Below the pieces are notes generated by a model. The model made no database searches and was not told the DNA's origin. It worked only from the letters and a program-made list of their open reading frames with translations. Of a stretch of DNA of 64,000 bases, positions 1 to 9,951 are shown one piece after another. The position numbers and the translations under genes were made by a program. The stretch's first letter is position 1. The number at the start of each line of letters is the position of its first letter. This DNA is from an uncultured Holophaga sp. (lineage in GTDB: Bacteria; Acidobacteriota; Holophagae; Holophagales; Holophagaceae), in the NCBI GenBank assembly GCA_963664825.1, contig OY761614.1, forward strand, positions 736,001-800,000, written 5' to 3'.

Positions 1-734
1 AGGAGATCCAGCGCGTGCTGGTCGGTGGCGACCAGACCCCGGAACTTCGCCACATCGGATCGCGCCGAATCCATCTGGCTCTGGGTCTGCCGGAGCTCCA
101 ATTCGGAGGCGACGCCCAGTTCACGGCTCTTGCGGATCAATTCGTAGTAGGCCTTCTGGGATTCGAAGGTGGCCTGGGCCAGCTGGAGATTATCGCAATC
201 GGTGGCATACAGGAGGTAGCCCTGGGCGACGGTGGCCACCAGGGAAATCTGGGCGGAGACGCGAGCCTGCTCCGTGGCCAGATACTGATTCAAGGCCCGG
301 TGCTTGAGGCTCCGGATGCGGCCGAAGAAATCAATTTCCCAGGACATGATGCCGACGTTGACGCTGTCCTGTTCCTTGAGGGTGGCCGTCCCGCCGTTCA
401 TCTTCTCCGGCAGCCGGTATTTGTTGCCATTGCCCATCACGCCGGCATTGGGTAACAGGTCAGCCCGCTGGATCCGATAGGCGGCCTGCATCTTCTCGAC
501 GTTCAGGGCGGCGATCCGCAGATCCCGGTTATTGGCCAGGGCCAGCTTGATGACCGATTGCATGCCCGGATTGGTGAAGTAATCCTGCCAATGGATATCG
601 GCGGCATCGGGTTTCCCGCCCCCCTCCGGCCATGTCTCAGGCACGGGAGCCGCGGGCCGTGTGTACTTCGGAGTCAGGTTGCAGCCGGTCAAGACCAGCA
701 GGACTCCAGCAGAAAGAATCGACTTCGGTACCAT
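1..734 (-). CDS. OprM/NodT-family efflux outer-membrane lipoprotein (5' part; runs off the window)
   Basis: Not in the ORF track. ATG at 734, just after the acrB stop, reads MVPKSILSAGVLLVLTGCNLTPKYTRPAAPVP (lipobox LTGC), with ALANNRDLRIAALN typical of OprM. Confidence 0.88.
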   Translation of the reverse strand, partial: MVPKSILSAGVLLVLTGCNLTPKYTRPAAPVPETWPEGGGKPDAADIHWQDYFTNPGMQSVIKLALANNRDLRIAALNVEKMQAAYRIQRADLLPNAGVMGNGNKYRLPEKMNGGTATLKEQDSVNVGIMSWEIDFFGRIRSLKHRALNQYLATEQARVSAQISLVATVAQGYLLYATDCDNLQLAQATFESQKAYYELIRKSRELGVASELELRQTQSQMDSARSDVAKFRGLVATDQHALDL

Positions 735-735
735 G

Positions 736-3700
736 TCATTCCTCCGTCGACAGATCAATGGATGCGGGTTGGGCGTTCGCGGCCTTCTTCTTCCCGAAGA
801 ACTGGACAACGACCACGTAGAACAGCGGGATGAAGAAGATGGCCAGGAAGGTGGCCGTGAGCATGCCGCCCAGCACGCTGGTGCCAATGGCCATCTGGGC
901 GCCCGCACCGGCTCCGGAGGCCATGGCCAGGGGCAATACGCCGAATCCGAAGGCGATCGACGTCATGAGGATAGGGCGCAGCCGAAGCTTCGCGGCCTCG
1001 AGGGTGGCCTCGATGAGCCCCATGCCCTGCTCCATGTGCCCCTTCGCGAACTGGACGATGAGGATGGCGTTCTTGGTTGTGAGGCCCAGCACCGTCAGGA
1101 GCCCGATCTGGAAGTAGACATCGTTGGCCATGCCGCGCAGGGAGGTCGCAATGATTCCTCCGATGAGGCCCAGAGGCAGGGCCAGCAAGATGGTGATGGG
1201 AACCGTCCAGCTCTCATAGAGGGCTGCCAGCACCAGGAAGATCACCAGGATCGAGAACGTGTAGAGGAGCCCGGCCTGGGATTCGGACATGCGCTGCTGG
1301 TAGGAGAGGCCGGTCCACTCAGAGGCCGTGCCCTGGGGCAGTTTCTTGACCAGATCCTCCATGGCGTTCATGGCCTCGCCGGAGCTGTACCCAGAGGCGG
1401 GCTCGCCCTGGATGTTCATGGCCGGGAAGCCGTTGTAGCGCTCCAGGCGAGGGGATCCGTAGACCCAGTGGCCCGTGGCGATGGCCGAGAGAGGCACGAG
1501 GCCACCCTTGTCGTTGCGGACATGGATGCGGTTGAGGTCCTCGGGAACCATGCGGAAGGCGGTGTCGGCCTGGGCGTAGACGCGCTTCACGCGGCCGCCC
1601 TGGACGAAGTTGTTGATGTACTGGCTCCCGAAGGCCGCCGACACGTAGCTCTGGACGGAGCTGATGGGGACGCCGAGGGCACCGGCCTTCTCCCAGTCGA
1701 TGTCGATCTTGTACTGGGGCACGTCGGCCATGCCATTGGGTCTCACGCGGGCGAGGCGCGGGTCCTGGGCGGCCATGCCCAGCAGCTGGTTCTGGACCTC
1801 GGTGAGCTTCTCGTGGCCCATATCGCCGCGGTCCTGGAGCATGAAATCGAAACCGGTGGCGTTGCCCAGTTCTGTGACGGCGGGGGGAGGGAAGCAGAAG
1901 ATGCTCGCGCCCTTGATGCGGGCGAAGACCCCCATCGCGCGGCCCGCCACGGCCTTGGCCTTCAGCTCGGGACGGTTGCGCAGATCCCAGTCCTTGAGCT
2001 TGACGAACATCATGGCCTGGTTCTGGCCAGTGCCGGCAAAGCCCATGCCCGCGCCGCCCATGGTGGATTCCACGGCGTCCTTCTGGTCCTCCAGGAAGTG
2101 CTTCTGCACCTGCTGCACGACAGCCTCGGTCTGCTCCAGGGTGGAGCCCACGGGCAGCTGGATCATGGTCATGAGAGTGCCCTGGTCCTCGTCCGGCAGG
2201 TAACCGGTGGGCATGCGCAGGTAGAGAACACCCATGGCGACCACCAGCCCCAGGAAGATGGCGCCGAAGCGCGCCTTCCGACCCAGGATGTAGCTGACGT
2301 ATTTCATGTAGAGATCGCGCAGGCGGAAGAAGGAGCGGTCGAACCACAGAAAGAAGGGGCGCAGGACGCGGATGCCTGTCTCGGCGGCCTCGTGCCCCTT
2401 CTCCACGGGCTTGAGCAGCGTGGCGCAGAGCACGGGGGTCAGGACCAGGGCCACCACCACGGAGAGCATCATGGCGGCGATGACCGTCACCGAGAACTGC
2501 CGGTAGATGACGCCCGTGGAACCGGGGAAGAAGATCATGGGACCGAACACGGCCGACAGCGTGAGGCCGATGCCGATGAGAGCGCTCTGGATCTCTCCCA
2601 TGGACTTGCGGGTGGCCTCCCAGGGACCGAGGCCCTCCTCGCTCATCACGCGCTCCACGTTCTCCACCACCACGATGGCATCGTCCACCAGGAGCCCGAT
2701 GGCCAGCACCATGGCGAACATGGTGAGCATGTTGATGGAGTATCCGAAGGCCGCCATCACGCCGAAGGTACCCAGCAGCACCACGGGCACGGCAATGGTC
2801 GGAATCAGCGTGGCCCTCAGATTGCCCATAAAGAGGTACATCACCAGGAACACCAGGATGACGGCCTCGAAGAGGGTCTTGATCACCTCGTGGATGGCCA
2901 CGCGCACGAAGGGCGTGGTGTCGTAGGGATAGACGACCTTCACGCCCTCGGGGAAGAAGTGGGAGAGCTCCTTCATCTTGGCCTTGACGCCCTCGGCGGT
3001 CTCCAGGGCGTTGGCCCCGGCCTCCTGGCGGATGGCGATGCCCGCGGCGGGGCGGCCATTGTAGAGGAACTTGGTGTCGGCAGATTCGCTGGCAAGCTCC
3101 GTACGACCGATGTCCTTGATGCGCACGACGGAACCATCGGGGCTGGTGCGGATGGGAATGTTGGCGAATTCCTGGGGCGTCACCAGCATGGACTGCACCA
3201 AAATCGAGGCGTTGAGCCGCTGCCCGGGCACGGCAGGACCGCCGCCCAGCTGGCCCGCGGAGACCTCTACGTTGTAGGCCCGCACGGCCGCAGCGATGTC
3301 GTCGGAGGTCATCCCGTACTTGGTGAGCTTGTCGGGATCGAACCAGACGCGCATGGAGTAGCCGGTGCCGAAGATCTGAACCTCGCCCACGCCCTTCACG
3401 CGAGCCAGCACGGACTCGATCTTGGACTTGGCGTAATCCGTGAGATCGGCGTTGCCCATGCTGCCGTCATCCGTGGTGAGGGCCGCGATGATCAGGTAGT
3501 TCCGGGTGGACTTGCTCACGGAGACGCCCATGGTCTGCACCACGGTGGGCAGGCTCGGGATGGCCAGCTGGAGCTTGTTCTGCACCTTGGACCAGGCCAT
3601 ATCAGGATCCGTGCCCGGCGCGAAGGTGAGGGTGACGTTCGCACTGCCGGAGGAATCCGCCGTGGAGTACATGTAGAGCATCTTGTCCAGGCCGGTCATC

Positions 3701-3906
3701 TTCTGTTCGATCATCTGGATGACGCTGTCTTCCACCGTCTTGGCGGAGGCGCCGGGATAGGATGCGCTGATGCTGATGGAGGGGGGGGCGATGGGCGGGT
3801 ACTGGCTCACGGGGAGCTGGAAGATGGCCATGGCGCCCAGGACCATCATGGCGATGGCGATGACCCAGGCGAAGACGGGGCGATCCAGGAAGAAACGCGA
3901 AATCAT
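736..3906 (-). CDS. acrB: AcrB/MexB-family RND efflux permease
   Basis: 1056 aa; MISRFFLDRPVFAWVIAI start, GLLVDDAIVVVENVER and LRLRPILMTS motifs. Confidence 0.95.
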   Translation of the reverse strand: MISRFFLDRPVFAWVIAIAMMVLGAMAIFQLPVSQYPPIAPPSISISASYPGASAKTVEDSVIQMIEQKMTGLDKMLYMYSTADSSGSANVTLTFAPGTDPDMAWSKVQNKLQLAIPSLPTVVQTMGVSVSKSTRNYLIIAALTTDDGSMGNADLTDYAKSKIESVLARVKGVGEVQIFGTGYSMRVWFDPDKLTKYGMTSDDIAAAVRAYNVEVSAGQLGGGPAVPGQRLNASILVQSMLVTPQEFANIPIRTSPDGSVVRIKDIGRTELASESADTKFLYNGRPAAGIAIRQEAGANALETAEGVKAKMKELSHFFPEGVKVVYPYDTTPFVRVAIHEVIKTLFEAVILVFLVMYLFMGNLRATLIPTIAVPVVLLGTFGVMAAFGYSINMLTMFAMVLAIGLLVDDAIVVVENVERVMSEEGLGPWEATRKSMGEIQSALIGIGLTLSAVFGPMIFFPGSTGVIYRQFSVTVIAAMMLSVVVALVLTPVLCATLLKPVEKGHEAAETGIRVLRPFFLWFDRSFFRLRDLYMKYVSYILGRKARFGAIFLGLVVAMGVLYLRMPTGYLPDEDQGTLMTMIQLPVGSTLEQTEAVVQQVQKHFLEDQKDAVESTMGGAGMGFAGTGQNQAMMFVKLKDWDLRNRPELKAKAVAGRAMGVFARIKGASIFCFPPPAVTELGNATGFDFMLQDRGDMGHEKLTEVQNQLLGMAAQDPRLARVRPNGMADVPQYKIDIDWEKAGALGVPISSVQSYVSAAFGSQYINNFVQGGRVKRVYAQADTAFRMVPEDLNRIHVRNDKGGLVPLSAIATGHWVYGSPRLERYNGFPAMNIQGEPASGYSSGEAMNAMEDLVKKLPQGTASEWTGLSYQQRMSESQAGLLYTFSILVIFLVLAALYESWTVPITILLALPLGLIGGIIATSLRGMANDVYFQIGLLTVLGLTTKNAILIVQFAKGHMEQGMGLIEATLEAAKLRLRPILMTSIAFGFGVLPLAMASGAGAGAQMAIGTSVLGGMLTATFLAIFFIPLFYVVVVQFFGKKKAANAQPASIDLSTEE

Positions 3907-3915
3907 GGGGCCTCC

Positions 3916-5091
3916 CTACTTCTTCGAGGCGGAGGGCTGAATGCCTTGCGCCTGAGAGTTGAAGGGAACGGCCTTGACCGTCATGCCCGGCTTGACCTTC
4001 TGCTGGCCTTCCACGATGACCCTGTCCCCGGCCGCGAGGCCGCCGGTGACGAGCCACCTGTTCCCCATGGCCCGATCCACGTTCAGGATCCGCTGTTCCA
4101 CCTTGTTGGACTTGTCCAGGACCAGGGCGATGGCATTGCCCTTGGTGTCGCGGGTGACCCCCTGCTGCATGGCCAGGATGGCCTGCTCGTCCACGCCATC
4201 TTCCACGATGGCCCGCACGAACATGCCAGGGAGCAGGGTCTGCTTGGGATTGGGGAATACCATGCGGAGCGTGACCGCCCCCGTGGAGGGCTCTACCGTG
4301 ACATCCCGGAACTGGAGCTTGCCCTCCAAGGGATAGGTCGTTCCATCCTCCAGGAGCAGCTTCACCTTGCGGGCGCTATCCCCACTCTTGAGGTGGCCGC
4401 TCTCCATGCTGCGCCGCAGGCGGAGCAGATCGGAACTGGACTGGGTGACATCCACATAGATGGGATCCATCTGCTGCACCGTGGCCAGGGCAAGGGGCTG
4501 GTACGCGGCCACCAGGGCTCCCACGGTGACGCTGGACATGCCCGTGCGTCCGGAGATGGGGGCCTTGATGGGCGTGTTGGCGAGGTTGATGCGGGCGCTC
4601 TCCACGGCCGCCTTGGCCGCCGCCACGCTGGCGATGGCCCGCTGGTGGGCGGCCTCGGCCTCCTCGGCATCCTGCTCGCCCACGGCATGGATCTTCACGA
4701 GGCTCTTCATGCGCTCGGCCCGGGACCGGATCGAGGGAAGGCTCAATTCAGCCGAGACCAAGGCGGCCTGGGCCTGATCCAGGGCCGCCTTGTAGGGGGC
4801 CGGATCGATCTGGTAGAGCGTGCTTCCAGCATGCACCAGCGACCCCTCCTGGAAGAGCCGCTTGAGGATGAGACCACTCACCTGGGGCCGAATCTCGGCG
4901 ACGAGAAAGGCCGAGATACGCCCAGGCAGTTCGGTCGTCAGAACCACCCGCTGGGTGCTGACGGTCTGGACGGCCACTTCGGGAATCGGCTTGGGCGGAG
5001 GTGCGGACTTGCATCCCATGGCTGCGCCGACAATCCCAATAAGGCCCGCGACGGCCAGCCAGTTTGCTTTGTGCTCGATTTTCATACGCAC
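3916..5091 (-). CDS. acrA: AcrA/MexA-family periplasmic adaptor lipoprotein
   Basis: Lipobox AMGC; ELPGR...AEIRPQVSG and YQIDPAPY motifs; directly upstream of acrB. Confidence 0.93.
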   Translation of the reverse strand: MRMKIEHKANWLAVAGLIGIVGAAMGCKSAPPPKPIPEVAVQTVSTQRVVLTTELPGRISAFLVAEIRPQVSGLILKRLFQEGSLVHAGSTLYQIDPAPYKAALDQAQAALVSAELSLPSIRSRAERMKSLVKIHAVGEQDAEEAEAAHQRAIASVAAAKAAVESARINLANTPIKAPISGRTGMSSVTVGALVAAYQPLALATVQQMDPIYVDVTQSSSDLLRLRRSMESGHLKSGDSARKVKLLLEDGTTYPLEGKLQFRDVTVEPSTGAVTLRMVFPNPKQTLLPGMFVRAIVEDGVDEQAILAMQQGVTRDTKGNAIALVLDKSNKVEQRILNVDRAMGNRWLVTGGLAAGDRVIVEGQQKVKPGMTVKAVPFNSQAQGIQPSASKK

Positions 5092-5156
5092 CTCAAAGAA
5101 AGAACCATCATCAGCCTGAATTCGGTCATCTGCACAGTTTCCTGCGGAGGGAGCCC

Positions 5157-5690
5157 CTAAGCATCACGGATGTGTGAAGACAGCACCTGGGACGGCCCCT
5201 TGGCCATCTGTGCATCAAGAGCATCTGCGCAACGGTCGCCGACCATCGTAAGGAGCCGTGCGAGTTCACGGCGGTCCTCCACCCGGAGGGGGCTGATGGT
5301 GGCTTCGAGATGTTCGCGGAAGGCTGCCAGAATCTTGTCCCGCATCGCCCACCCCGCCTCGCTGAGTCGAATGCGCATCAGGCGCTGGTCTTTGGGATCC
5401 GACCAGCGTTCGATGAAGCCCTGTCGTTCGATGCGTTGCAGCATGGTGGTGATCGTGGCGGGGGAGAGATGGAGGATCGCCACCAAATCCCGTTGGGTGA
5501 TGTCCTCATGCTCACCCAGGATTCGCAAGCACTCCAACTGGGCCGGATGCCCCCCGGCGATAGGAACGGCGCGCATGAGCAGTTGGCGCCGGAGATGGGA
5601 AAGCCGCCGGAACTGGCGCACGACCTCCATGGACATCGGGTCCACGTCAGCGAACGCGCTCTCACCGGAACAGCCCTCGGGGTGGGTCAT
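5157..5690 (-). CDS. MarR-family transcriptional regulator of the efflux operon
   Basis: ITQRDL...SPATITTMLQRIERQGFIER..DPKDQR winged-helix motif; first gene of the operon. The exact start is uncertain. Confidence 0.9.
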   Translation of the reverse strand: MTHPEGCSGESAFADVDPMSMEVVRQFRRLSHLRRQLLMRAVPIAGGHPAQLECLRILGEHEDITQRDLVAILHLSPATITTMLQRIERQGFIERWSDPKDQRLMRIRLSEAGWAMRDKILAAFREHLEATISPLRVEDRRELARLLTMVGDRCADALDAQMAKGPSQVLSSHIRDA

Positions 5691-5828
5691 CTTGCATCCT
5701 TTCGGCAGCGCATCGGGCAGATCATCCTTCGCTACCGAAAGATTAGCACGCGAATCATTCCCCGCATAGCCCTGGGGATGACTTGCCTCCAGGAAGCCCG
5801 GGGTTGAAGCTGGGGAGGGAGGTCACGG

Positions 5829-6521
5829 ATGCACGCGCACAAGTCTCAGTCAGATGCCTTCTTCAGCCCGGCGCTCTTCCGTTTCCTCACAGAATTGGCG
5901 GTTCACAACGACAGGACGTGGTTCCAGGCCAACCGGGAGCGCTTCGAGACGGAGGTTCGGGAGCCCATGCAGGCCTTCATCGCGGCCTTCGCCGAACCCT
6001 TGAGGGCCCTGAGTCCCCACTTCCTGGCAGACCCCCGGCCCTCGGGCGGTTCCATGTTCCGCATCTTCCGTGATATGCGCTTCTCCAAGGATAAGAGCCC
6101 GTACAAACTCAACGTGGGTGCCCAGTTCCGCCATCGGGAAGGTTCCAAGGACGTCCACGGACCGAGCTTCTACCTGCATCTGGAGCCCGGAGGATGCTTC
6201 ATGGGCGCGGGCCTATGGCATCCGGGCCCGCCTTCCCTGCGCCAGGTGCGCACGCACATGGTCGGCCACCCGAGGGAATGGAAGGCCCTCCGCTCCCAGG
6301 GCATCCAGGTGACCGGAGAGGCCCTCAAGCGTGTGCCCCAAGGCTTCGACCCGACCCATCCCCTGGCCGACGATCTCAAGCTCAAAGACTTCTACACCTG
6401 CACGCCCCTCACCGAGCAACAGGCCTGTGCGCCGGGTTTCCTGGAGCACTACACGGAAGCCTGCCAGCGGGATGCCCCCCTGATGCGCTTCCTCTCCCAG
6501 GCGCTGGAGTTGCCTTACTGA
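5829..6521 (+). CDS. DUF2461 (TIGR02453-like) protein
   Basis: FL.EL..HNDR.WF, SMFRIFRDMRFSKDKSPYK and LKRVPQGFDPTHP motifs. Confidence 0.88.
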   Translation: MHAHKSQSDAFFSPALFRFLTELAVHNDRTWFQANRERFETEVREPMQAFIAAFAEPLRALSPHFLADPRPSGGSMFRIFRDMRFSKDKSPYKLNVGAQFRHREGSKDVHGPSFYLHLEPGGCFMGAGLWHPGPPSLRQVRTHMVGHPREWKALRSQGIQVTGEALKRVPQGFDPTHPLADDLKLKDFYTCTPLTEQQACAPGFLEHYTEACQRDAPLMRFLSQALELPY

Positions 6522-6604
6522 AACCGAGGCCTGATACGAGGGCCCTCATCCTCTCATACGGAAATACCGATACATACACGGAAAGATGACGAGAGGCTAG
6601 GCCG

Positions 6605-6865
6605 ATGTCACGATTCGACGACGAAGGCGCCCCACTCATCACCCGGACCGTAACGGACCGCTGGAACCTTCCGGTCCCCAACATCCAAAGCGTCCTCCGA
6701 ATGCAATCCACCGCCCTGAGGCTCCGATGGGAGGCCCTCCGGAAAAGCGCCGCCGATGGCCCGCCCGAGGCCGAGCCGGAGGATGCGGAAGCCCCAGAAG
6801 CCTATGGCGAGCACGGAGAGCGGCTTCACGGGGCCCCCACCCCGCACATTCGCCTGGAGGGGTGA
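6605..6865 (+). CDS. Hypothetical protein (86 aa)
   Basis: ATG preceded by GAGAGG; no recognisable domain. Confidence 0.5.
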   Translation: MSRFDDEGAPLITRTVTDRWNLPVPNIQSVLRMQSTALRLRWEALRKSAADGPPEAEPEDAEAPEAYGEHGERLHGAPTPHIRLEG

Positions 6866-6913
6866 ATGGGTAGGGCTCCGCCAGGCCTTGCCCTCAGGGG
6901 ATCCGAAGGAGTG

Positions 6914-7030
6914 CTATCCGAGCTTATTTTTCGGACTCTTCTCCTGCTTGGTCTTGGCCTTCTCCTTGAGCTTCTCGGAGTTCTGCTTCTGGGCCTTTTC
7001 CTTGTCCTTCTTGCCGCCCTTATCTCCCAT
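6914..7030 (-). CDS. Small Lys-rich basic protein (38 aa)
   Basis: Shine-Dalgarno AGGAGGG, then MGDKGGKKDKEKAQKQNSEKLKEKAKTKQEKSPKNKLG. Confidence 0.65.
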   Translation of the reverse strand: MGDKGGKKDKEKAQKQNSEKLKEKAKTKQEKSPKNKLG

Positions 7031-7710
7031 GATTTCCCTCCTGGATGGTTGGTAGCCTTCGCCGCTAATCGGCTCTGATGTGTGTAGAAGTCGATGCCAT
7101 CTTCGCATCGTTTTTCTCAAAACGGAGGGGTGTTTTGGAGAGGCCGAAGACCCTCATCCTGGGCTGACCCGCCCAAGGGGCATCACGCGGTGGGAAGGGG
7201 CAGGTCGTGTGAACGCAGGAAGGTCCACTTGTCCCAGGAGCCGCGTTGGAAAACAATCTGCCCTTTTCTCGATTTCAGCTTCACTCCGACTCATCAAGCG
7301 CATCCTGGAGATGGCCTGGATCCGAGCAACAGCGGCCATGGGTTCTCCTGACCCATCAGGCGGTCCCCCCTGCCTTGGCAGGGATCGGTACCGGGTGCCG
7401 ACTTGGCCTGGCCAAATGAACGAGAGGATGGAACGGAATGGAAGAGCGGAAAATCATTCAGATCACGGCCATATCCAATGGCGACATCCTTGCTTTGGCC
7501 AGCGATGGCACGATCTGGCGTGGCCAGGACCTGGGACGGGGAGGGCTGGAATGGGGACGGGAGTCAGGCCCTTTTGAGGCGGGAAAAAACGAATCGTCAC
7601 GAACCTGAGTGAAGAGATCAACAGCGGCCCGAGGCTGACGCCTCTTCGCGGATATCGAGGACAAGAGCCGCGCCAGGTAGTGCGCCTTCCGAGACTCTCC
7701 CGCGATGGAC

Positions 7711-7739
7711 TTGCCTTCTGAACGGTGGCCTTTCATACT
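7711..7739 (+). promoter_or_regulatory. Sigma70-like promoter for the rsgA leader
   Basis: TTGCCT (7711-7716), 17-nt spacer, CATACT (7734-7739). Confidence 0.55.
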
Positions 7740-7754
7740 AGAAGTGGAGTCTGG

Positions 7755-7823
7755 ATGCGCCATCAGCACGCGACAACCTGGATGAACTTGGAGACGGTTG
7801 AAGTCTCCAGGACCGAAGCCTAG
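7755..7823 (+). CDS. Putative leader peptide MRHQHATTWMNLETVEVSRTEA
   Basis: GGAG precedes the ATG; the uORF overlaps the 5' arm of a helix that can pair with the rsgA SD region. Confidence 0.5.
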   Translation: MRHQHATTWMNLETVEVSRTEA

Positions 7824-7894
7824 GCTCCGGCCCTCACCCACTCAGAGGTGCCCCCAGGAGGGGCTTGAGCGGTCATTCATCCAGGAAATCCACC

Positions 7895-9004
7895 ATGACG
7901 CATCATGCGCATTCTTTTGCAGGCCTCGGCCTGCCATCATTCGATCCCCTCGCACCCTACGGCTGGTCCCCAACTCGCAGTGAGGAGTTTCACGCCATCG
8001 CCCCTCCTGGCTGCGAGCCAGGACGCATCGTGGCCTCAACTCGAGGCCTCGCCCTCGCGCAAACCGCCAGGGGCGAATGCTGGGGCGTGCCCACGGGCCG
8101 CCTCCGCGAGCGCCTCCAGCGCACAGAGCTGATCCTATGCGCCGGGGACTGGATCATCCTCCAGGCGAATTCCGGCCCATCGAAAGCCTCCGTTGTGGAT
8201 CTACTCCCTCGCGAAGCTTCGCTCACGCGGCTGGGGACTGGGGCTGGCAGTCGCTCCCAGTGCCTTGCGGCCAACCTCGACGTGCTCTTCCTGGTCATGG
8301 GATTGGACCGCAATTTCAACCCGGCCCGAATGGAGCGCCTGCTGGCCCTGGCCTGGGGCAGCGGCGCCCAGCCCGTGGTGGTGCTCACCAAGCGCGACCT
8401 CAACCCGCGATGGGAGGCCTTTGCCGCCAGGATCGAGGGAAGCGCTCCAGGCGTGCCCGTGCGAGCGATTTCCGCGTGGAGCCGAGAAGGCCTGGAAGAT
8501 ATCCAGGAGCATCTCTCCGAAGGGCGCACTGGTGTCATGGTGGGATCCTCGGGTGCCGGGAAGTCGACCCTCCTCAACGCCCTGATGGGCAGCGATGTGC
8601 GGCGCACGCAGGAGGTTCGCGTCGCGGATGGCCGAGGGCGCCACACTACGTCCTTGCGCGAACTCTTCCTGTTGCCCAGTGGCGGATGCCTCATCGATAC
8701 GCCAGGCATTCGCGAAGTGGGCCTCAGTGCCGAGGGAACCGACCTGGATTCAGCATTCTCCGACATCGCAGGTCTTGCCAGTGGTTGTCGATTCCGCGAT
8801 TGCACCCACGGCGCCGAGCCGGGGTGCGCTGTGCAGGCCGCCCTCTCGGTAGGCTCCCTCGATCCGGACCGCTACGGCCACTATCTGCGCCTGCGCCGGG
8901 AGGTGGCCTTCGAGGCTGCCCGCAGCGATGAGCACCTCTGGCGTGAGCGCGAGGAGAAGTGGCGCCGCATCAGCAAACTCCAGAAGCACTTCAAGAAGAG
9001 GTGA
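7895..9004 (+). CDS. rsgA: Ribosome small subunit-dependent GTPase A (RsgA family)
   Basis: Circularly permuted GTPase motifs TKRD, GSSGAGKST, GRHTT and DTPG; Zn finger CRFRDCTHGAEPGC. Confidence 0.93.
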   Translation: MTHHAHSFAGLGLPSFDPLAPYGWSPTRSEEFHAIAPPGCEPGRIVASTRGLALAQTARGECWGVPTGRLRERLQRTELILCAGDWIILQANSGPSKASVVDLLPREASLTRLGTGAGSRSQCLAANLDVLFLVMGLDRNFNPARMERLLALAWGSGAQPVVVLTKRDLNPRWEAFAARIEGSAPGVPVRAISAWSREGLEDIQEHLSEGRTGVMVGSSGAGKSTLLNALMGSDVRRTQEVRVADGRGRHTTSLRELFLLPSGGCLIDTPGIREVGLSAEGTDLDSAFSDIAGLASGCRFRDCTHGAEPGCAVQAALSVGSLDPDRYGHYLRLRREVAFEAARSDEHLWREREEKWRRISKLQKHFKKR

Positions 9005-9007
9005 CGC

Positions 9008-9355
9008 ATGTCCCACCATCAACGCCAGCCCTTCAGCCAGCCGACTGACGCCTTTCTCTGCGCACACTGCGGCAGTACCGTGCCGGGAGAGGCGCCGGGA
9101 ACTCGGCAGCGCAATCACTGTCCACGCTGTCTCCACAGCCTTCATGTGGACATCACGGTGGGGGATCGGCGCAGCCTGTGTAAAGGCGTCATGGATCCCA
9201 TCAGCGTATGGGTCCGCCACGGAGAAGAGGTCGCCCTCCTGCACCGTTGCCAGCGCTGCGGCGTCATCCGCTCCAACCGGATCGCGGGGGACGACGATTC
9301 CGAACCCTTGCGCGAACTTTTTCGACTCCTTGAGGTCGCAGGAGGGGCGATCTGA
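9008..9355 (+). CDS. RNHCP-domain protein
   Basis: FLCAHCG...RNHCPRCLHSLHVD...GDR...C.G.M.P...HRCQRCG...NRIAGDD. Confidence 0.9.
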   Translation: MSHHQRQPFSQPTDAFLCAHCGSTVPGEAPGTRQRNHCPRCLHSLHVDITVGDRRSLCKGVMDPISVWVRHGEEVALLHRCQRCGVIRSNRIAGDDDSEPLRELFRLLEVAGGAI

Positions 9356-9373
9356 GGTCCTCTAGAATCTCTG

Positions 9374-9447
9374 TGTAGCGCGGCAAAATGAATCGTCTGG
9401 AATCCGTCAGATTGATTGGTAATTTTCAATTATTTTGACGGATTTAG
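9374..9447. mobile_element. Orphan right end of a Mu-like transposable phage (copy 1)
   Basis: TGTAGCGCGGCAAAATGAA, identical to 12181 and 18766, followed by a tandem CCGTCA site and an inverted TTGACGG site. Confidence 0.8.
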
Positions 9448-9607
9448 CCTATCGGCTTCAGTTCCCGTTACGGAAACGGAAGTTCTTACAAAAAATGACC
9501 GCAATTGCCCATCCCCATTGGTTTCCCGAGGATGGGCGTGTTGTTGAACTGGCTACATGGTGAATTGGAGTAGTTCGAAAACCCTCTTCTGATATGGCGT
9601 TGCTGAG

Positions 9608-9735
9608 GCATTCCGAGTCGTTCCCTTTGAATTCCTGAACGGAGACGGGAATGCCCTCCCGGTTTCAGATGAGGCCCACCATGATCTGGAGCTTGTCGTT
9701 GCGCCCCTCCTTGCCGTGGGAGTAGGCACCCAAGG
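9608..9735 (-). pseudogene. IS1634-like transposase fragment
   Basis: Translates LGAYSHGKEGRNDKLQIMVGLI*NREGIPVSVQEFKGNDSEC, resembling the conserved Q..VGL....G.PV....F.GN segment; in-frame stop at 9665-9667. Confidence 0.6.
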
Positions 9736-9951
9736 TCCCTGGGTGTCAGGTGCTCAGACCAGGTTGCGTCCGAAATTACACAGTGGATCAGAGATACCCG
9801 GATTTTTGGGTTTGCCACATACTCTAAAAAGTTAGGAGTCCGCGCCGTTTCATCCGGATGGCTCCGCGTTCTGCTTCATACCCAGGTTAAGGCAGACTCG
9901 GCATGGTCTCGTGGGATCACTTCTCACGCATGCCCCCCCAAGGAGACCGGA

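Noticed and set aside
661..5160. 1499-aa plus-strand ORF, and similar long ORFs at 35702-37564, 45382-48561 and 60718-62865
   Set aside because: Antisense shadows of recognisable genes (acrAB, rpsA, pssA/dipeptidase, E1), expected in GC-rich DNA; no motifs of their own.
7060..7700. Several short overlapping ORFs
   Set aside because: No recognisable motifs or convincing starts; left unannotated.
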